DNA of 23,158 bases from positions 3,038,001 through 3,061,158 of the forward strand of contig CDLV01000005.1 in the NCBI GenBank assembly GCA_001244265.2. Direction: 5' to 3'. Below, one piece after another: positions 21,200-23,158 of the stretch. This DNA comes from Microbotryum violaceum (taxonomy: Eukaryota). Position numbers and translations under genes: made by a program. The notes beneath the pieces were generated by a model. The model made no database searches. It saw only the letters and a program-made list of their open reading frames with translations, and was not told the DNA's origin. Each line of letters starts with the position of its first letter. Within the stretch, counting starts at the first letter, position 1.

Positions 21200-21780
21200 G
21201 CTTCGGCGTGGCGCTAGAGCTGAGACACGGCAGACTTGAGGACTTGTAGACGTTGATAAGTTTATCGCAACTCTGTCACGATCACAGCTGGCTTGTATAC
21301 GCTTCATTTGTGCTATTCTGCGTTGTTTTTTCAGTATACTCAATTACACTAGTCGTTGTGGCCTTGACGACTTTGGAGCGCCCGCGCGGTCCACTGCTTC
21401 TTGTCCTCGGCCCAGAACAAATGTACGGACATGTCCGTCTACTTGCTTTTAGGTACACAAGTTGAACAATTGTATGAGTAGACCCACTTTGAATCTGCAA
21501 GGAGAACATGATAGCATGGGTATTTTAGTACTCTTGAGCTTCGAAACTGTCATGTGCGTACCGCAACCCATGTCCGTCCACTTGTCGGTCGCGGGTGCGG
21601 ACACGGCGGTCTTGCGGGACGGACAATGAGTGAGGCTGCCGCCAACAACGCCGCGGTCGCGCGACCACTGGCGTGAGTGTGGGAAAGACGCGCGAGACCA
21701 CGGCGCATGGTTTTTGGAGCGCGAGCGGGTAATTACATTACATTAGCTCTTTCACTGGCTTAGACCTTACATTCCACTAA

Positions 21781-22696
21781 TTGACAATGTGTTTCGGTAA
21801 TGGGTCCAAGCTCACCAGCCAAAGTTTTGACGGGATACCCGTCAAAACCACGAGGAATCGTGTCTTCAATCGCATCTCACAAGCTCACACGCACATTTGG
21901 TCATCACAAGAGAACCATATACTTGAGTACACCAACAACATGTTCAGCACCCAAGAATGGCTCGAAAGCGACGTGGTGAGGGTCTGTGAAGTTGGCCCAC
22001 GTTTCAGGTCCATGTTCCAGGCCCACGTTCCCAGCCTTGATGTCGTCGTGGGGGAAAACATAGACGGCCTAGCCATCACGAACAATGACGATGACGGTGA
22101 CATTTACTTGGCCCGGAACCGAACTCGGATCCTGACCCGCGCCCGGACCTCTACTTGTGCTCGCGTTCGCCTTCAGACGCCTCGACCGGTTACGTCTCTG
22201 ACTGCGATGACTACCTCGGATGTCCACGTCACATGCTTTCACATCGTTCACATGCGTCATGCAATCTGCGAGATGCAACTCGATCTCTCCCAACTGCAGC
22301 TCGACGTGTCACCTGGACCCGACTCTGATGCGCGCACGGTGCGACGTCGCACAACACGGTTAATGACATGTCCAACATTGCCATCATCAACACCGTACAA
22401 CTGAAACTGCACCCTGAGAGGGCGTGGTCACTTTCAGCAGCGTCCAAGCACACGTCGATGCTTCGCTCGAGCGTTCTCGGTCGTACACGTGCCCGGTCAG
22501 CGCATCGCCTCGTTCACCCCGGTCGCCCTCTCGCTGCTCGACCGATGAATGTGGTGAGCTCTTCATTCAGATCGTACCAAGCTCTCACCTTCTTCGCTCA
22601 CCTCATGCCTGTCTTTGCTACTTATCACTCTAGTTCAGATCGCGCGTTGGCCGACTCGCTGGCATCCGAGCTTCGCACCGAACCGCTCTGTGACTT
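21781..22696 (+). pseudogene. Decayed intron-containing gene of unknown function (possible TE cargo), interrupted by the second array module
   Basis: A candidate intron 22097-22176 (GTGACA..CCTGAC..CTTCAG) joins ORF 21781 in frame to the frame of ORF 22368-22700, leaving one TGA (22326-22328). A second possible intron is 22496-22570. The frame ends at a GTAAGT-like donor overlapping the leader. No family recognised. Confidence 0.4.
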
Positions 22697-22699
22697 GTA

Positions 22700-22789
22700 A
22701 GTATATACGTATCATAGGTGGGGTACAGGCCAATTCCGGGATACGTTTTGGAATAGAACCCAAATTCCCAGTGAAAATGAAAATTGACA
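22700..22789. repeat. Leader/terminal segment of the array module, copy 2 (90 bp)
   Basis: Direct copy of 19898-19988. Confidence 0.92.
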
Positions 22790-23158
22790 GTGCACGGTCA
22801 ATTGCTCGTGCACTGTTAAAATCCACTTTTTCGACTCTGAAGGGCGGCACAAGCCAAAAACCGTCAAATCGAGGTGCACGGTCAATTGCTCGTGCACTGC
22901 TGAAATCCACTTTTTTGGCAAAACCGTCAAATCGAGGTGCACGGTCAATTGCTCGTGCACTGCTGAAATCCACTTTTTCGACTCTGAAGGGCGGCACAAG
23001 CCAAAAACCGTCAAATCGAGGTGCACGGTCAATTGCTCGTGCACTGCTGAAATCCACTTTTCGACTCTGAAGGGCGGCACAAGTCAAAAACCGTCAAATC
23101 GAGGTGCACGGTCGATTGCTCGTGCACTGCTGAAATCCACTTTTTTGGCAAAACGTCA
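22790..23158. repeat. Tandem array 2 (runs off the window end)
   Basis: Palindromes at 22790, 22874, 22937, 23021 and 23104. Spacings 84,63,84,83 followed by a short-type unit, the same order as the start of array 1. Confidence 0.97.

Noticed and set aside
21214-21494. Minus-strand relic exon (SKWVYSYNCSTC...HLFWAEDKKQW...GHND*C) resembling a WRKY/MuDR-type zinc finger after a TTGCAG acceptor
   Set aside because: Seven internal stops in about 93 codons is no better than random sequence. It cannot be supported without a homology search.
19827-23087. Repetitive ORFs on both strands over the arrays (KPSNRGARSIARALLKSTF..., KKWISAVHEQ...)
   Set aside because: By-product of unit lengths divisible by 3. 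The 83-bp units shift the frames and no family is recognisable.

Overview
Intron-rich eukaryotic DNA, most likely from a basidiomycete fungus. Microbotryum/Pucciniomycotina is an inference from gene structure and a TpCpG>TpTpG mutation signature. The left end is the 3' part of a Ty1/copia retrotransposon (integrase C-terminus, RT, RNase H, PPT, 3' LTR) with one in-frame stop. A dense island of seven spliced genes follows, each modelled by hand with phase-consistent introns: a Yap/AP-1-type bZIP factor, proteasome assembly chaperone PAC2, UTP23, a micro-exon SERF/4F5 gene, UAP1, ATG5 (with a GC-AG intron) and EMC2. A ~1.45-kb near-palindromic foldback sits between the divergent UTP23 and SERF genes. 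The right end holds two copies, 2802 bp apart, of a ~90-bp leader followed by a polarised tandem array of 63/84-bp units, each carrying a 24-bp palindrome. The copies flank decayed gene-like sequence. This leader+array module and the foldback are the most interesting unexplained structures.
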